Below, one piece after another: positions 1 to 10,048 of a stretch of 64,000 nt of DNA. Made by a program: the position numbers and the translations under genes. Source of the stretch: Candidatus Eiseniibacteriota bacterium (GTDB lineage: Bacteria > Eisenbacteria > RBG-16-71-46); contig CAVQXP010000001.1 in assembly GCA_963717935.1 (NCBI GenBank), positions 64,001-128,000 of the forward strand, written 5' to 3'. Every line of letters starts with the position of its first letter. Positions within the stretch are counted from its first letter, which is position 1. The notes beneath the pieces were generated by a model. The model saw nothing but the letters and a program-made list of their open reading frames with translations, was not told where the DNA came from and did not search any database.

Positions 1-54
1 GAACTGCGGGTGCCGCAGCCGCTGGCCGACCTGGTAGGCCTGGGCCTTCGTCAA
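1..54 (-). CDS. 5' fragment of a hypothetical protein with a Tudor-like N-terminus (runs off window)
   Basis: TTG start overlaps the upstream stop, with GGAG just before it; reads MTKAQAYQVGQRLRHPQF, resembling the GxRVxHPxFG motif of PcrA-C/CarD-like Tudor domains. Confidence 0.45.
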   Translation of the reverse strand, partial: MTKAQAYQVGQRLRHPQF

Positions 55-1463
55 CTCCACAATGCGGCCTCCTCCCCCGGCGCAGGGACGGTCACCTCGG
101 CCCCCACCTTCTCGCGCAGCAGGCCGGCCAGGGTCTCCGCGGGCCCGACGTCACCGTGCACCAGGAAGATGCGCCGCGGCGCGGGATCGAGCTGGCCGAC
201 CCAGTCCAAGATCTCGGCCTGGTCCGCGTGCGCGCTGAAACCATCCAGCGCCGCCACCTCGCAGAGCCGGCGGGCGGGCTCGCCGAAGATGTTCACGAGC
301 TCGGCGCCGTCCCGCAGGCGGCGGCCCAGCGTGCCCTCGGCCTGGTAGCCCACGAACAGCACGGTGTTCTTCGGGTTGCCGATCCCGTAGCGCAGGTGGT
401 GCAGGATGCGGCCGCCTTCGCACATCCCCGAGGCGGCGATGATGATGCACGGCTCGTCGCGCTCGTTGAGCGCCTTGGATTCCTCCGCGCTGCTCACGTA
501 GCGCAGGCGCGCGAAGCCGAAGGGCGCGCCGCCGTGGTTCACGAAGGCGTCGTGCGTCTCGGCGTCGAAGCACTCGGGGTGCTGCCGATAGACGCCCGTG
601 GCGACCCGCGCCAGCGGGCTGTCCACGAAGATCGGCACGTCCGGCACCGCGCGGCGCTCGAGCAGGTCGTGCAGGGTCGCCACCAGCTCCTGCGTCCGCC
701 CCACCGCGAACGAGGGCACGATGAGCCGGCCGCCGCGCCCGAGCGTGCGCGTCACCGTCTCCTGCAACGCCCGCACGGTCTCATCCTCGGGCGGGTGCCG
801 CCGGTCGCCGTAGGTGCTCTCCAGCACCAGCACGTCCACACCCCGCGGGACCTCCGGATCGCGCAGGATGGGCCGCGCGCAACGTCCCAGATCCCCGCTC
901 ATCCCCAGCCGCAGGGTGCGCCCCCCGTTGCGGAACTCGAAGACCGTGAGCGCCGAGCCGAGGATGTGGCCGGCGTCCAGATACTCGACCTCGATCCCCT
1001 CGGCCAGCGTCCACGGCTCGCGGTAGCCGTGCGTCTCGAAGCGCTCGAGCGTGGGCACCACGTCGGCGGGCCGGTAGAGCGGCTTGCGGGGCGGCTGGTA
1101 CTTCGCCCGCAGGCGGCGGTTCACGTGCTCGAGGTCGCGCTCCATCAGGAACGCGCTGTCCGCCAGCAGCGGGCGCACGAGGTCCGCGGTGGCCGGCGTG
1201 AGGTGGATCGCGCCGCGGAAGCCCTGGCGGACGAGCGTCGGCAGGTTCCCGGTGTGGTCCAGGTGGGCGTGCGAGACCACCACCGCCTCGAGTTCCTCGG
1301 GCGCGAAGCCGAACGCGCGATTCACGCGGTCCGCCTCTTCCCGGTGGCCCTGGTAGATGCCGCAATCGAAGAGCCAGGAGCGCGGGCCGAAGCGCAGCAG
1401 GTGGCGCGACCCGGTCACCGTGCGGGCCGCGCCCTGGAAGGCGATGGCGAGCGGCAGCGTCAT
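51..1463 (-). CDS. MBL-fold metallo-hydrolase, beta-CASP family ribonuclease
   Basis: GAARTVTGS, DCG, SHAHLDH, AGHILGS, ESTYG, SGM and FSAHAD motifs. Confidence 0.93.
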   Translation of the reverse strand: MTLPLAIAFQGAARTVTGSRHLLRFGPRSWLFDCGIYQGHREEADRVNRAFGFAPEELEAVVVSHAHLDHTGNLPTLVRQGFRGAIHLTPATADLVRPLLADSAFLMERDLEHVNRRLRAKYQPPRKPLYRPADVVPTLERFETHGYREPWTLAEGIEVEYLDAGHILGSALTVFEFRNGGRTLRLGMSGDLGRCARPILRDPEVPRGVDVLVLESTYGDRRHPPEDETVRALQETVTRTLGRGGRLIVPSFAVGRTQELVATLHDLLERRAVPDVPIFVDSPLARVATGVYRQHPECFDAETHDAFVNHGGAPFGFARLRYVSSAEESKALNERDEPCIIIAASGMCEGGRILHHLRYGIGNPKNTVLFVGYQAEGTLGRRLRDGAELVNIFGEPARRLCEVAALDGFSAHADQAEILDWVGQLDPAPRRIFLVHGDVGPAETLAGLLREKVGAEVTVPAPGEEAALWS

Positions 1464-2128
1464 CACAGGCTCGCGTACATGATCAAGCCGGCGGAGAACT
1501 GGATGTCGTGGTTCACCTTCCCGTCCAGGAAGATCGCGTGGTAGCGCGCCGCGAAATCGAAGGCCACGCTCTGCCAGAAGAAGCGCTCCACGCCCGCCCC
1601 GGCGCTGAGGTAGGCGCCATCGCCGAACGGGTACTCGTTCTCGCCGTCGTTCAGGGCGAAGATCGGGTGCGCGAGACCCGCGCCGACGCTCACCAGCTTC
1701 GTCGTCTTCGTGCGCGTGCCGAACAGCTGGTAGAAGTCCGCGCCGTAGAGGAACAGGTTGAGCCGCTTGTAGGCATACGGATCGTTCGCGTCGAGCGGTG
1801 GTTCGTTCGGGTACATGAGGTCCGGCACCTTGTCCAGCGTGCGCACGTCGAGGCCGTGGCCCTCGAAGGTGAGCCCGAAGCCGCGCTCGTAGCGCATCCG
1901 GTAGCGCACGCGCATCGCCAGCCCCGGGCCACTGCCGAACACGTCGCCCACGTTCCCGCTGTCGAGCAAGGTGCCGTAGAGACCGCTGAGGCCCACGCCC
2001 ACCTGCCCGGGACGCGGGAGCACGACCACCGTCCCGGCGCGCGCCGGGACGACCGCGAGGGCGCCGAGCGTCACGCCGAGGACGAGCACCACCACCGCCA
2101 CGAACCAGCCGCCACAGGTCCTGCCCAT
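1463..2128 (-). CDS. secreted outer-membrane beta-barrel-like hypothetical protein
   Basis: AAGGAG SD before ATG, signal peptide, alternating hydrophobic beta-strand pattern; stop overlaps the next start. Confidence 0.7.
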   Translation of the reverse strand: MGRTCGGWFVAVVVLVLGVTLGALAVVPARAGTVVVLPRPGQVGVGLSGLYGTLLDSGNVGDVFGSGPGLAMRVRYRMRYERGFGLTFEGHGLDVRTLDKVPDLMYPNEPPLDANDPYAYKRLNLFLYGADFYQLFGTRTKTTKLVSVGAGLAHPIFALNDGENEYPFGDGAYLSAGAGVERFFWQSVAFDFAARYHAIFLDGKVNHDIQFSAGLIMYASL

Positions 2129-2156
2129 TCGAGACTCCTTCCTGAATCGATTTCCC

Positions 2157-3119
2157 TCAGCCGCGAGGGTGGAAGGTGCGATGCACCTCCCGGAGATAGG
2201 CCCGGTCCAGATGAGTGTAGATCGCGGTCGTCGCCACCGAAGCGTGGCCCAGCAACTCCTGCACCACCCGCAGGTCCGCGCCGCCGTGCAGCAGGTGCGT
2301 CGCGAAGGAGTGCCGCAGGGCGTGCGGGTGCACACGTCCGGCGATCCCCGCCGCGCGCGCGTGGCCCCGCAGGATCTTCCAGAACCCCATGCGCGAGAGC
2401 CCCCGGCCGCGCGCGTTGGCGAAGACGAAGTCGTGACGCTCGCGCCGCACGAGGAGCGGGCGGGCACGATCGAGGTACGCGCGCAGCGCGCGCTCCGCCG
2501 CCCGACCGAAGGGCACCGAGCGCTGCTTGTCCCGCTTGCCGATCACGGTGACGAGGCGGTTCGCGAGGTCGAGGTCCGCGCGCTTCAGCCCGCAGAGCTC
2601 CGAGACCCGCAGCCCGCTGCCGTAGGCCAGCTCGAGCATGGCGCGGTCGCGCAATCGGAGAGGCTCCTCCCCCTCGGGCTGCGCGAGCAGCGTCCCCACC
2701 TCCTCGACGGACAGCGCGCGCGGCAGGCGGCGTTCGCGCCGCGGCGCCGGCATCTCGTCCAGTGGACCGATCGCGTCCCCCGCGCCGCGCGCGAGCCAGG
2801 CGTGGAAGCCGCGCAGCGCCGAGCGCCGGCGGGCCACGGTCGCCCCCGAGAGACCGCGCTTCAGCAACAGCGCGAAGTAGCCGTCCACGAACGTGGAAGT
2901 CACTTCGGACCAGGCCCCGAGCCGGTGGCGCAGCGCGAAGCCGCGGTAGTCGGCGAGGTCGCGGGCGTAGGCGTTCACCGTGTTGTCGCTGAGCCTGCGG
3001 CCGGCGCGCAACTCGTCCAGGAAGCCCTCGAGCGGCCCGTCCAGCGCCGGCAGCACCGCGGGCCGCGGGAGCTTCCCGGTCTTCCGGGTGGCCGTGGCGC
3101 TCGCGCTCTTCGGGCTCAT
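2157..3119 (-). CDS. xerD: tyrosine recombinase XerD
   Basis: RDRAMLELAYGSGLRVSEL, HALRHSFATHLL, VQELLGH and TTAIYTH motifs; SRMGFWK is XerD-typical; ATGA overlap with uvrC. Confidence 0.88.
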   Translation of the reverse strand: MSPKSASATATRKTGKLPRPAVLPALDGPLEGFLDELRAGRRLSDNTVNAYARDLADYRGFALRHRLGAWSEVTSTFVDGYFALLLKRGLSGATVARRRSALRGFHAWLARGAGDAIGPLDEMPAPRRERRLPRALSVEEVGTLLAQPEGEEPLRLRDRAMLELAYGSGLRVSELCGLKRADLDLANRLVTVIGKRDKQRSVPFGRAAERALRAYLDRARPLLVRRERHDFVFANARGRGLSRMGFWKILRGHARAAGIAGRVHPHALRHSFATHLLHGGADLRVVQELLGHASVATTAIYTHLDRAYLREVHRTFHPRG

Positions 3120-5002
3120 GCCGGCCCCCGCACGGACCCGTCCGCCGCCCCGGAAGCCGTCACGCCTCCGGGAATCGCGGGCCCGGCCGCCGCACCACCG
3201 CGCAACCGGGCAGCCACGCGCGCGGCGAGCGCCGGCGGCACGTTCGCGCGCCGCGCGATCTCCTCCGGGGCCGCCTCGGTCAGCGCCGCGACCGAACCGA
3301 ACGCCTTGAGCAGGGCCGCGCGCCGGGCCGGTCCCACGCCCGGCACCTGATCGAGGGCGCTCGTGAGGCGGGCGCGCCCGCGCAGCTTGCGATGATACGT
3401 GAGGCCGAAGCGGTGGGCCTCGTCGCGCAGCCGCTGGAGCGCGCGCAGCGCGCGACTGCGGCGCGGCAGCGTGAGTGGGCCGCCCGACTCGCGCACCACC
3501 GTCTCCTCGCGCTTGGCCAGCCCGATCAACTGCACGGGCCGGGTCGCCACGCGGTCGAGCGCGGCGCGCGCCGCCCCGACCTGGCCCACACCACCGTCCA
3601 CCACCACCAGGTCGGGCCGTGGCTCCTCCCCCGACTCGACCCGCGTCCAGTAACGCACGACGGCCTCGCCGATCATGGCGAAGTCGTCCGGCCCCGGCCG
3701 CCGCACGCGCATGCGCCGGTAGAGCCCGGTGCGCGCCCGGCCGTTCTCCGAGGCCACGACCGCGGCCACCGCACCCTCGGCCCCCAGGTTCGAGATGTCG
3801 AAGCACACCATCCGCCAGGGCGGCTCGGCGAGCGCCAGCGCCTTCTGCAGCTCCAGCATCCCGGGCGAGAAGCGGGAGCGCCGGCCGGCCGAGCGCGCGG
3901 CGAGGTCCTCGAGCGCGTGCGCCGCGTTCCGCTCGGCCGAGAGCAGCAGGGCGCGCGCGCGCCCGCGGCGCGGCACCCGGAACTCCACGCGGCGACCGGC
4001 GCGCGCGGAAAGCGCCTCGAGCGTCACCTCGGCGTCGGCCGGCAGGGCGGCCACGACGAGCCGTTCCGGCAGGGGCGCGCCCGCGAGGTAGTGCTGCGCC
4101 AGGAACTGCTGCAGCAGCGCCTCGTCACCCAGCGTATCCGCCCGGTCGAGCAGGCGCGTCTCCTTCGCCACGACACGGCCGGCGCGCAACAGCAGCGCCG
4201 CCACCGCCGCGTGCCGGCCGTGGCGCGCCAGGCCCAGCACGTCCGTGTCGCGGCCCCCCGGGCTCACGATCCGCTGCGGCACCCGCGCCTTCTCGAGCAT
4301 CGCGATCTGGTCACGCAGTCGCGCGGCCTCCTCGTAACGGCGGCCGCCGGAGGCCTGCCCCATGCGCTCGCGCAGGGTGTGCAGCAGTTCGACGTCGCGC
4401 CCCGTGAGGAAGAGCAGCAGCCCATCCACGATGGCGCGGTACGACTCCGGGGTCATCCCCGCGCGTGTCGCGCACGGTCCCGCGCAGCGCCGGATGTGAT
4501 AGTAGAGGCAGGGCCGGTTCGCGCGGCGGTAGTCCTCGAAGTTGCGGCAGGTCCGCACCGGGAAGATGCGCCGGACCTCGCGCAGCGTGCGGCGCAGGTG
4601 CTTCACGTCGGTGTAGGGCCCGAGATGGCGCGCCCCGTCGCTGCGCACCTGGCGGGTGACCGACAGGCGCGGGTACTCCTCCTGCACGCTCAAGCGGACG
4701 TACGGGAAGGACTTGTCGTCCTTCAGGAGCACGTTGTAGTGCGGCCGGTGCTGCCGCACCAGCGTCGCCTCGAGCAGCAGGGCCTCGGCCTCGGTGTCGG
4801 TGAGGATGCTGTCGAGATCCACGGCTCCGGCCATCAGTTCGCGAAGGCGGGGGTGCGAGTTCTCCCCGTTGAGGTAGGACCGGACCCGGGCGGACAGGCT
4901 CTTGGCCTTGCCGACGTACAGCACCTCGCCGCGGGGGTCCTTGAAGAGGTAAACCCCCGGCAGGGCCGGCAGATTGAGGACTTTCTCGCCCAGAGCGCTC
5001 AA
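3116..5002 (-). CDS. uvrC: excinuclease ABC subunit C
   Basis: GIY-YIG (GVYLFKD..YVGKAK), Cys cluster, FDISN, DGGxGQ, RDEAHRF and HhH motifs; TTG start after GGAGG. Confidence 0.95.
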   Translation of the reverse strand: MSALGEKVLNLPALPGVYLFKDPRGEVLYVGKAKSLSARVRSYLNGENSHPRLRELMAGAVDLDSILTDTEAEALLLEATLVRQHRPHYNVLLKDDKSFPYVRLSVQEEYPRLSVTRQVRSDGARHLGPYTDVKHLRRTLREVRRIFPVRTCRNFEDYRRANRPCLYYHIRRCAGPCATRAGMTPESYRAIVDGLLLFLTGRDVELLHTLRERMGQASGGRRYEEAARLRDQIAMLEKARVPQRIVSPGGRDTDVLGLARHGRHAAVAALLLRAGRVVAKETRLLDRADTLGDEALLQQFLAQHYLAGAPLPERLVVAALPADAEVTLEALSARAGRRVEFRVPRRGRARALLLSAERNAAHALEDLAARSAGRRSRFSPGMLELQKALALAEPPWRMVCFDISNLGAEGAVAAVVASENGRARTGLYRRMRVRRPGPDDFAMIGEAVVRYWTRVESGEEPRPDLVVVDGGVGQVGAARAALDRVATRPVQLIGLAKREETVVRESGGPLTLPRRSRALRALQRLRDEAHRFGLTYHRKLRGRARLTSALDQVPGVGPARRAALLKAFGSVAALTEAAPEEIARRANVPPALAARVAARLRGGAAAGPAIPGGVTASGAADGSVRGPA

Positions 5003-5113
5003 GAGGGCCTCCGAAGGGACAAGGAGGGTCGCTCGAAGGAAACACGGTACACCTGCCCGCGTCGCCCTCAAAGCGGCTTCTTCACCCCCGGCGCCCCCGC
5101 CGGCCCGATCCGC

Positions 5114-5143
5114 TTGACACCCCCGGAGCGCGGGCCGTAACGT
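5114..5143 (+). promoter_or_regulatory. sigma70-like promoter of rpsT
   Basis: TTGACA-N18-TAACGT. Confidence 0.6.
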
Positions 5144-5186
5144 ACGTGCCTCATTTCCGTTGCAAGCCGTCCCCAAGGAGGAACGA

Positions 5187-5444
5187 ATGCCGCATCACAA
5201 GTCCGCGGCCAAGCGTGTCAAGACGAACGAGAAGGCCCGCCTGAGCAACGTGGCGGTCAAGAGCCGCTTGCGGTCCGCCGTCAAGGCCGTGCGCTCCGCC
5301 AAGAAGAGGGCCGAGGCCGAGACCGCGCTGAAGGCGGCCATCTCGATCCTCGACCGCACCGCCGCCAAGGGCGTCATCAAGAAGGAGACTGCCAGTCGGC
5401 AGAAGTCACGCCTGACCCTGTTCGCGGCCAAGCTGCCGGCCTGA
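5187..5444 (+). CDS. rpsT: 30S ribosomal protein S20
   Basis: MPHHKSAAKRVKTNEKARLSN...KGVIKKETASRQKSRL; AAGGAGG SD. Confidence 0.97.
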   Translation: MPHHKSAAKRVKTNEKARLSNVAVKSRLRSAVKAVRSAKKRAEAETALKAAISILDRTAAKGVIKKETASRQKSRLTLFAAKLPA

Positions 5445-5454
5445 CGCCGATGCC

Positions 5455-5883
5455 ATGAAGCGCATCGTGGCCGCATCGTTGGCGGCCAGCTTCCTCTTGG
5501 AGCTTTTCCTTCCGGCCGCCTGTGCCGCCCGCCAGGCGGCCGGTCCGTTCGAGCCCGTGCCCCTCGAGCCGCCCCCGCACGCGCCGCACCGCCTTGCCTA
5601 CGGCTCGCTGCTGGCAGGCGCCGGACTGGTCGGCCTCTCCTTCGCGCTGACCGGCCGCGCCAACCGCAGCTACGACCGCTATCTCGCCGCCACCACGCCT
5701 GCCGAGATCGGTCACCTCTATGACGAGACCGTCCGCCTCGACCGGATCTCGGCGGCGGCCCTGCTCACCGGCGAGGCATTGATCGCGACCGGTGTCTGGT
5801 TGCGCTTCCTGCACCGGCCCGCCTCGCAGCGGGTCGCGCTCACCGTGGACTCCCACCGATGCGCCGTCTCGCTGCGCTTCTGA
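5455..5883 (+). CDS. hypothetical membrane/secreted protein
   Basis: signal peptide plus two hydrophobic segments; operon-like position after rpsT. Confidence 0.7.
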   Translation: MKRIVAASLAASFLLELFLPAACAARQAAGPFEPVPLEPPPHAPHRLAYGSLLAGAGLVGLSFALTGRANRSYDRYLAATTPAEIGHLYDETVRLDRISAAALLTGEALIATGVWLRFLHRPASQRVALTVDSHRCAVSLRF

Positions 5884-7163
5884 CCCTCGCGCTGCCGCTC
5901 CTCGCGGGCTGCAGCACGCGGGCACACCTCAATCCCTTCGACCCGGCGAACCCCGCGACCGGCGGCCGGCCCGCGAGCTTCCAGGCGCTGGCCGGCGACC
6001 AGTCCGTGCACCTGCGCTGGCAGACCTTCTCCGTCCCGGGGTTGCTCGGCTACCAAGTCTTCCGCCGCGCCCCCGGGGACACGGCCTTCCGCCCGCTCAC
6101 GGTCGTGCTCCCGCCCACGACCTCGAGCCACACGGACTTCGCGCTGTTGAACGGGGCCGAGCACCACTACCGCCTCTACTTCGTGCTCGAGGACGGCCTG
6201 GCCGGCCAGCCCGCCGAAGACGTGGCCACGCCGGGCCCCCTGCGGCCCTGGGTCGCCGACCCCCTGAGCGGCACGCTCGCGCGCCTCAGCGCGGACGGCA
6301 GGCACGTGTCCGAGTCCTTCCCGCCGGCGGGCGGGGCCACCCCGGTCTCGGTGGACGTGAACCCCGCCGATGGACGGGTGTGGGCCGTCGGTCCCGGCGG
6401 CGACGTGCTCGTCTACGAACCCGGCCCGGGGCGCTCCACCGTCATCGGCCAGGGTCTCGGCACGCTCGCGTGCGTCGTCGTTGACCGCCCGGACAGTTCC
6501 GCGTGGGTGGCCGACGCGACCAACGGCCGCGTCCTGCATCTGCTGCCCTCGGGGCAGAGCGCGGACCCGCCGGTGCTGAGCGGGCTCGCGTACCCCGGCA
6601 GCCTCGCGCTCGACCGCTCGAACCGCTCCCTCTGGGTGGTCGAGCAGGACGGCGACCGCGTGCGCCGCTACACCGCCGACGGCGCGCTCGCCGCCACCGC
6701 CGTCGTGTCGAAGCCCTCGCGCGTCGCCGTGGATCCCGTGACGCACGAGGCCTGGGTCACTTCGCTGCTCCTCGGGCGCATCGTGCGGCTCTCGCCCGGC
6801 GGCGCGGCTCTCGACACCATCACGGCCTGTGCGGGGCCCATCGGCATCGCGGTGGACGCCACCCACCGCCGCATCTGGGTCGCCGATGCCGCGGCCGACC
6901 GCGTCGTGGCGCTCTCGCCCGACGGCACGCTCGAGTTCCTGATCGCGGGACAGGCCGAGGCACGCGAGATCGCCATCGACGAGGCCACGGGCGAAGCGTG
7001 GGTGACGCTGGCCGCTGCCGGCGCGGTGGCGCGCCTCTCCCCCACCGGCGTCGAGATCCTGCGCGTGGGCGGGCTCGGCGGCCCGTGGGGCATCGCGCTC
7101 GACGACGTGAACGCACGCGTCCTGCCGCTCGCGCCGGACGCGGCGGCCGCCGCGCTCCGCTGA
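5859..7163 (+). CDS. lipoprotein with FN3 domain and NHL-like beta-propeller
   Basis: lipobox LAGC, NPFDP motif, FN3-like W..Y.VFR..Y, repeated 'VAVD....WVAD....V' blades. Confidence 0.8.
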   Translation: MRRLAALLTLALPLLAGCSTRAHLNPFDPANPATGGRPASFQALAGDQSVHLRWQTFSVPGLLGYQVFRRAPGDTAFRPLTVVLPPTTSSHTDFALLNGAEHHYRLYFVLEDGLAGQPAEDVATPGPLRPWVADPLSGTLARLSADGRHVSESFPPAGGATPVSVDVNPADGRVWAVGPGGDVLVYEPGPGRSTVIGQGLGTLACVVVDRPDSSAWVADATNGRVLHLLPSGQSADPPVLSGLAYPGSLALDRSNRSLWVVEQDGDRVRRYTADGALAATAVVSKPSRVAVDPVTHEAWVTSLLLGRIVRLSPGGAALDTITACAGPIGIAVDATHRRIWVADAAADRVVALSPDGTLEFLIAGQAEAREIAIDEATGEAWVTLAAAGAVARLSPTGVEILRVGGLGGPWGIALDDVNARVLPLAPDAAAAALR

Positions 7164-10022
7164 TCAGAAGTTGTAGCCGAGCGTGAACTGGGTGCGCGGG
7201 TGCCGCGAGAAGCGGCGGAAGTCCTCCGTCTGCCAGACGTAGTTCCAGCGCAGCACCGGGTAGGGGCCACCGCCGATGTAGAAGCCCACGCCGGCGCTGC
7301 CCAGGTGGCCCTGGCCCCCCGGCCCCAGGTCGAAGCCGCCCAGGTAGTACGCCGGCACGCTCACGAGCGGCAGACCGCCCCCGCCCCAGGCCCAGCCCGC
7401 GTCCGCGAAGGCGGTGCCGTTCACCGGGGGCAACGTCCACGGCACGGGGAAGACGAAGCGCAACCCGCGCAGCAGCGGAAAGCGCAGCTCCTGCTGGGCG
7501 GCCACGGTGCGCAGTCCGGAGAGCGTGTGATAGTCGTAGCCACGCAGGGTCGTGCGCCCACCCAGGTAGAAGCGCTGCGCATCCCGCCCGAGGCTCGCCT
7601 GGCCCTGCACGCGGGTGGCCGAGACGAACTGCGGGATGGGCATCCAGTAGCGACGCAACTCGCCCAGCAGCGTGCCGTAGTCACCCGCGCCGGAGCCCAG
7701 GTCGCGCGTGTAGCCCGCACCGAGCATCAGCCGCAGGCCGGTGCTGGGCCCGATCCAGCTGTAGGCCGCGTTGTCGTGCACGAACGAGACGAAGTTCGAG
7801 ACCAGGTCCGCGTCCACGGTCTGTCCGTCGCGCAGCAGGTGCCCGAGCGCGCGGCGCACCAGGATCGAGCCCTCGATCCGGTTGAACTTGTCGAAGGGGT
7901 AGCGCGCCAGCAGCGAGACCCCGGCCCGGCGCTCCAGCCGGACGGCGTTCAGATCGGCGTCGTAGACGCTCACCAGGCGGTGGATCCCCGCCCCGTAGTT
8001 GAGCCGGCGCGCCTGGTTGATGTACGTGACGCCGGCCTCGATCCCGTCCCAGAAGTTCCCGAAGAGCTGGGACGCCTCGTTCGAGAGGAAGATGTAGTAC
8101 TGCTCGTCGCCCAGCAGGTCGCTGAGCGCGATCTGGCCGGACCCGCCGGCGCCGAGCACCGGGTCCACCCCCACCATGTTCTGCACCAGGTCGATGCCCA
8201 CGCGGCGCTGGTAGCGCCGCGCCGCGGAGGTGTCGTGGGCCGCAGGCGCGGGCGGGAGCGGGAGCGGCGGCTCGACGCGCTCCACCGCGAGCGTGTCGGG
8301 GTCGAAGCGCACGGCGTAGCTCTGGAACTCGATGGCGCTCTGGCCGGTGAAGAGCAGTCCGCGACCCCCCGGGAGCCAGTCGGGGTCGGATGCGGGACCG
8401 AGCAGGCGCGTGACGCGCCGCACCTCGTCCGACGGCGCCGCCGGGCGAAGGTAGAGGTCGCTGGTGCCCCCCCGGGTCGACCGGAACGCGATCCAGCGGC
8501 CGTCCGGGGCGTAGCGTGGCTGGCGGTCGTCGCCCCGGGGGGGGTCGCCCAGGCGCTCCAGTTCCCCGGTCTCGAGCGAGAGCCGCCACAGCGCATGCCG
8601 CCCCCGCGCCATGTCCCGGTCGGAGGCGAACACGACCCAGCGGCCGTCGGGCGAGATGTCGGGCTCGAGATCGTCCCAGTCGTCGTGGGTCAGCCGCTCG
8701 AGCGCGATCTTCCGGCCGGACCAGCGCGCCCGGTAGAGGTCCGAATTCCCGCCGTAATCCTGGGCCGAGAAGACCACGGCCGTGTCGCCGGGCGCCAGGT
8801 CCGGGTCGGTGATCGCCACCAGCCGCGGGAAGTCGAGGCGGCGCGTGACCCGTCCGCGGGCGGCGTCCACGACGTAGATCGCGTCGCGGCCGCCCCGCTT
8901 CGAGGACAGCGCGATGAGCCCCGAGGGCGTGGCGCTGGGGCGGTTCTGGAACAGGTGGAAGGACTCGAACTGGGGCGAGAGCCCGCCGCGCAGCAGGCGG
9001 CGCTCGTGGCGCCGGCCCGCCGCGCCGGGCCGGCTCAGCATCAGGTCGATGCCATTCTCGCTGGCCGCGAAGTAGCAGAAGCTCAGGTTGCTGTCGGCGG
9101 GGTCGGGGTTCGGCACCACGCACGGGCCCAGGTTGTAGTGCCCGCGCAACGTGAGCTTCTGCGCCACTTGCTTCACGGGCAGCGCCGTGGTGATGGCCGG
9201 GTAGAAGCGGCGCTTGAGCGAGTCGAACCAGGCCTCGTCCGTGCGCTCGACCGGCTCGCCGAAGGTGATGCGGTAGACCGTCTCGAAGTCCTCACCGCGC
9301 CACCAGTCCTCGAGCAGGTCGAAGACCCGGTCCGGACCGAAGCGCTCGGCCAGGTAGAGCAGGAACGACTGCCCCTCCTTGTACATGAGCACCGAGCCGG
9401 TGATGGCCTCGCTCTTCGTCAGGGGCAGGGCCTCGCCGCTGGTCACGGCGTCGCGCAGCAGTCCCTCGGCGTCGGCGTCCCAGCGGGTCCCGCAGTACTC
9501 CGCCAACCCCTCGATGAACCAGAGCGGTGGCAGCGAGTTCAGGCCCCGGCGGTGCGCCTTCATCACGCGCGAGAGCTTCTCCAGCATGTACCAGTGCGCG
9601 AGCTCGTGGCGCGTCACCCAGCGAAGCCGCGCCCAGGAGCCGTTGTGCGGGACCAGCACCCGCCCCTTGATCAGCTCCGTCAGGCCCCCGGTCGCCTCGG
9701 TGAGCAGCTCGGGCGTGGCATTGGTCTGCTGAAAGAGGTGGTGTGTCGAGTAGATCAGCAGCGGGACCTGGGCGCGCGGCTCGAGCCGGAAGCGCCCGTC
9801 GTACTCGACGCAGATGCTCTCGGCCAGGGCCGCCACGCGGCGCGCGAGACTCTCCTCTTCCGCGTAGAAATGCAGCCGGACGTGCGGCGTCTCGAGCACG
9901 GCCCAGTCGAGGGTCCCGTACTGGACCTTGTTCTTGCCGAACATCTGGGCCCGTGCGGCCGGGGCGGGAAGACAGAGAAGCACGGCCAGGACCGGCGCGA
10001 GCGCCGGAAGCCGAAAGCGCAT
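7164..10022 (-). CDS. Omp85-family protein with N-terminal gluzincin-like domain and TolB/PD40 propeller
   Basis: signal peptide, FGKNKVQY, HELAH..EGLAE, SPDGRWVVFAS repeats, LGGRTTLRGY loop, C-terminal Phe. Confidence 0.85.
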   Translation of the reverse strand: MRFRLPALAPVLAVLLCLPAPAARAQMFGKNKVQYGTLDWAVLETPHVRLHFYAEEESLARRVAALAESICVEYDGRFRLEPRAQVPLLIYSTHHLFQQTNATPELLTEATGGLTELIKGRVLVPHNGSWARLRWVTRHELAHWYMLEKLSRVMKAHRRGLNSLPPLWFIEGLAEYCGTRWDADAEGLLRDAVTSGEALPLTKSEAITGSVLMYKEGQSFLLYLAERFGPDRVFDLLEDWWRGEDFETVYRITFGEPVERTDEAWFDSLKRRFYPAITTALPVKQVAQKLTLRGHYNLGPCVVPNPDPADSNLSFCYFAASENGIDLMLSRPGAAGRRHERRLLRGGLSPQFESFHLFQNRPSATPSGLIALSSKRGGRDAIYVVDAARGRVTRRLDFPRLVAITDPDLAPGDTAVVFSAQDYGGNSDLYRARWSGRKIALERLTHDDWDDLEPDISPDGRWVVFASDRDMARGRHALWRLSLETGELERLGDPPRGDDRQPRYAPDGRWIAFRSTRGGTSDLYLRPAAPSDEVRRVTRLLGPASDPDWLPGGRGLLFTGQSAIEFQSYAVRFDPDTLAVERVEPPLPLPPAPAAHDTSAARRYQRRVGIDLVQNMVGVDPVLGAGGSGQIALSDLLGDEQYYIFLSNEASQLFGNFWDGIEAGVTYINQARRLNYGAGIHRLVSVYDADLNAVRLERRAGVSLLARYPFDKFNRIEGSILVRRALGHLLRDGQTVDADLVSNFVSFVHDNAAYSWIGPSTGLRLMLGAGYTRDLGSGAGDYGTLLGELRRYWMPIPQFVSATRVQGQASLGRDAQRFYLGGRTTLRGYDYHTLSGLRTVAAQQELRFPLLRGLRFVFPVPWTLPPVNGTAFADAGWAWGGGGLPLVSVPAYYLGGFDLGPGGQGHLGSAGVGFYIGGGPYPVLRWNYVWQTEDFRRFSRHPRTQFTLGYNF

Positions 10023-10048
10023 TCGAAGGACTCCGGACGACGAACGGA

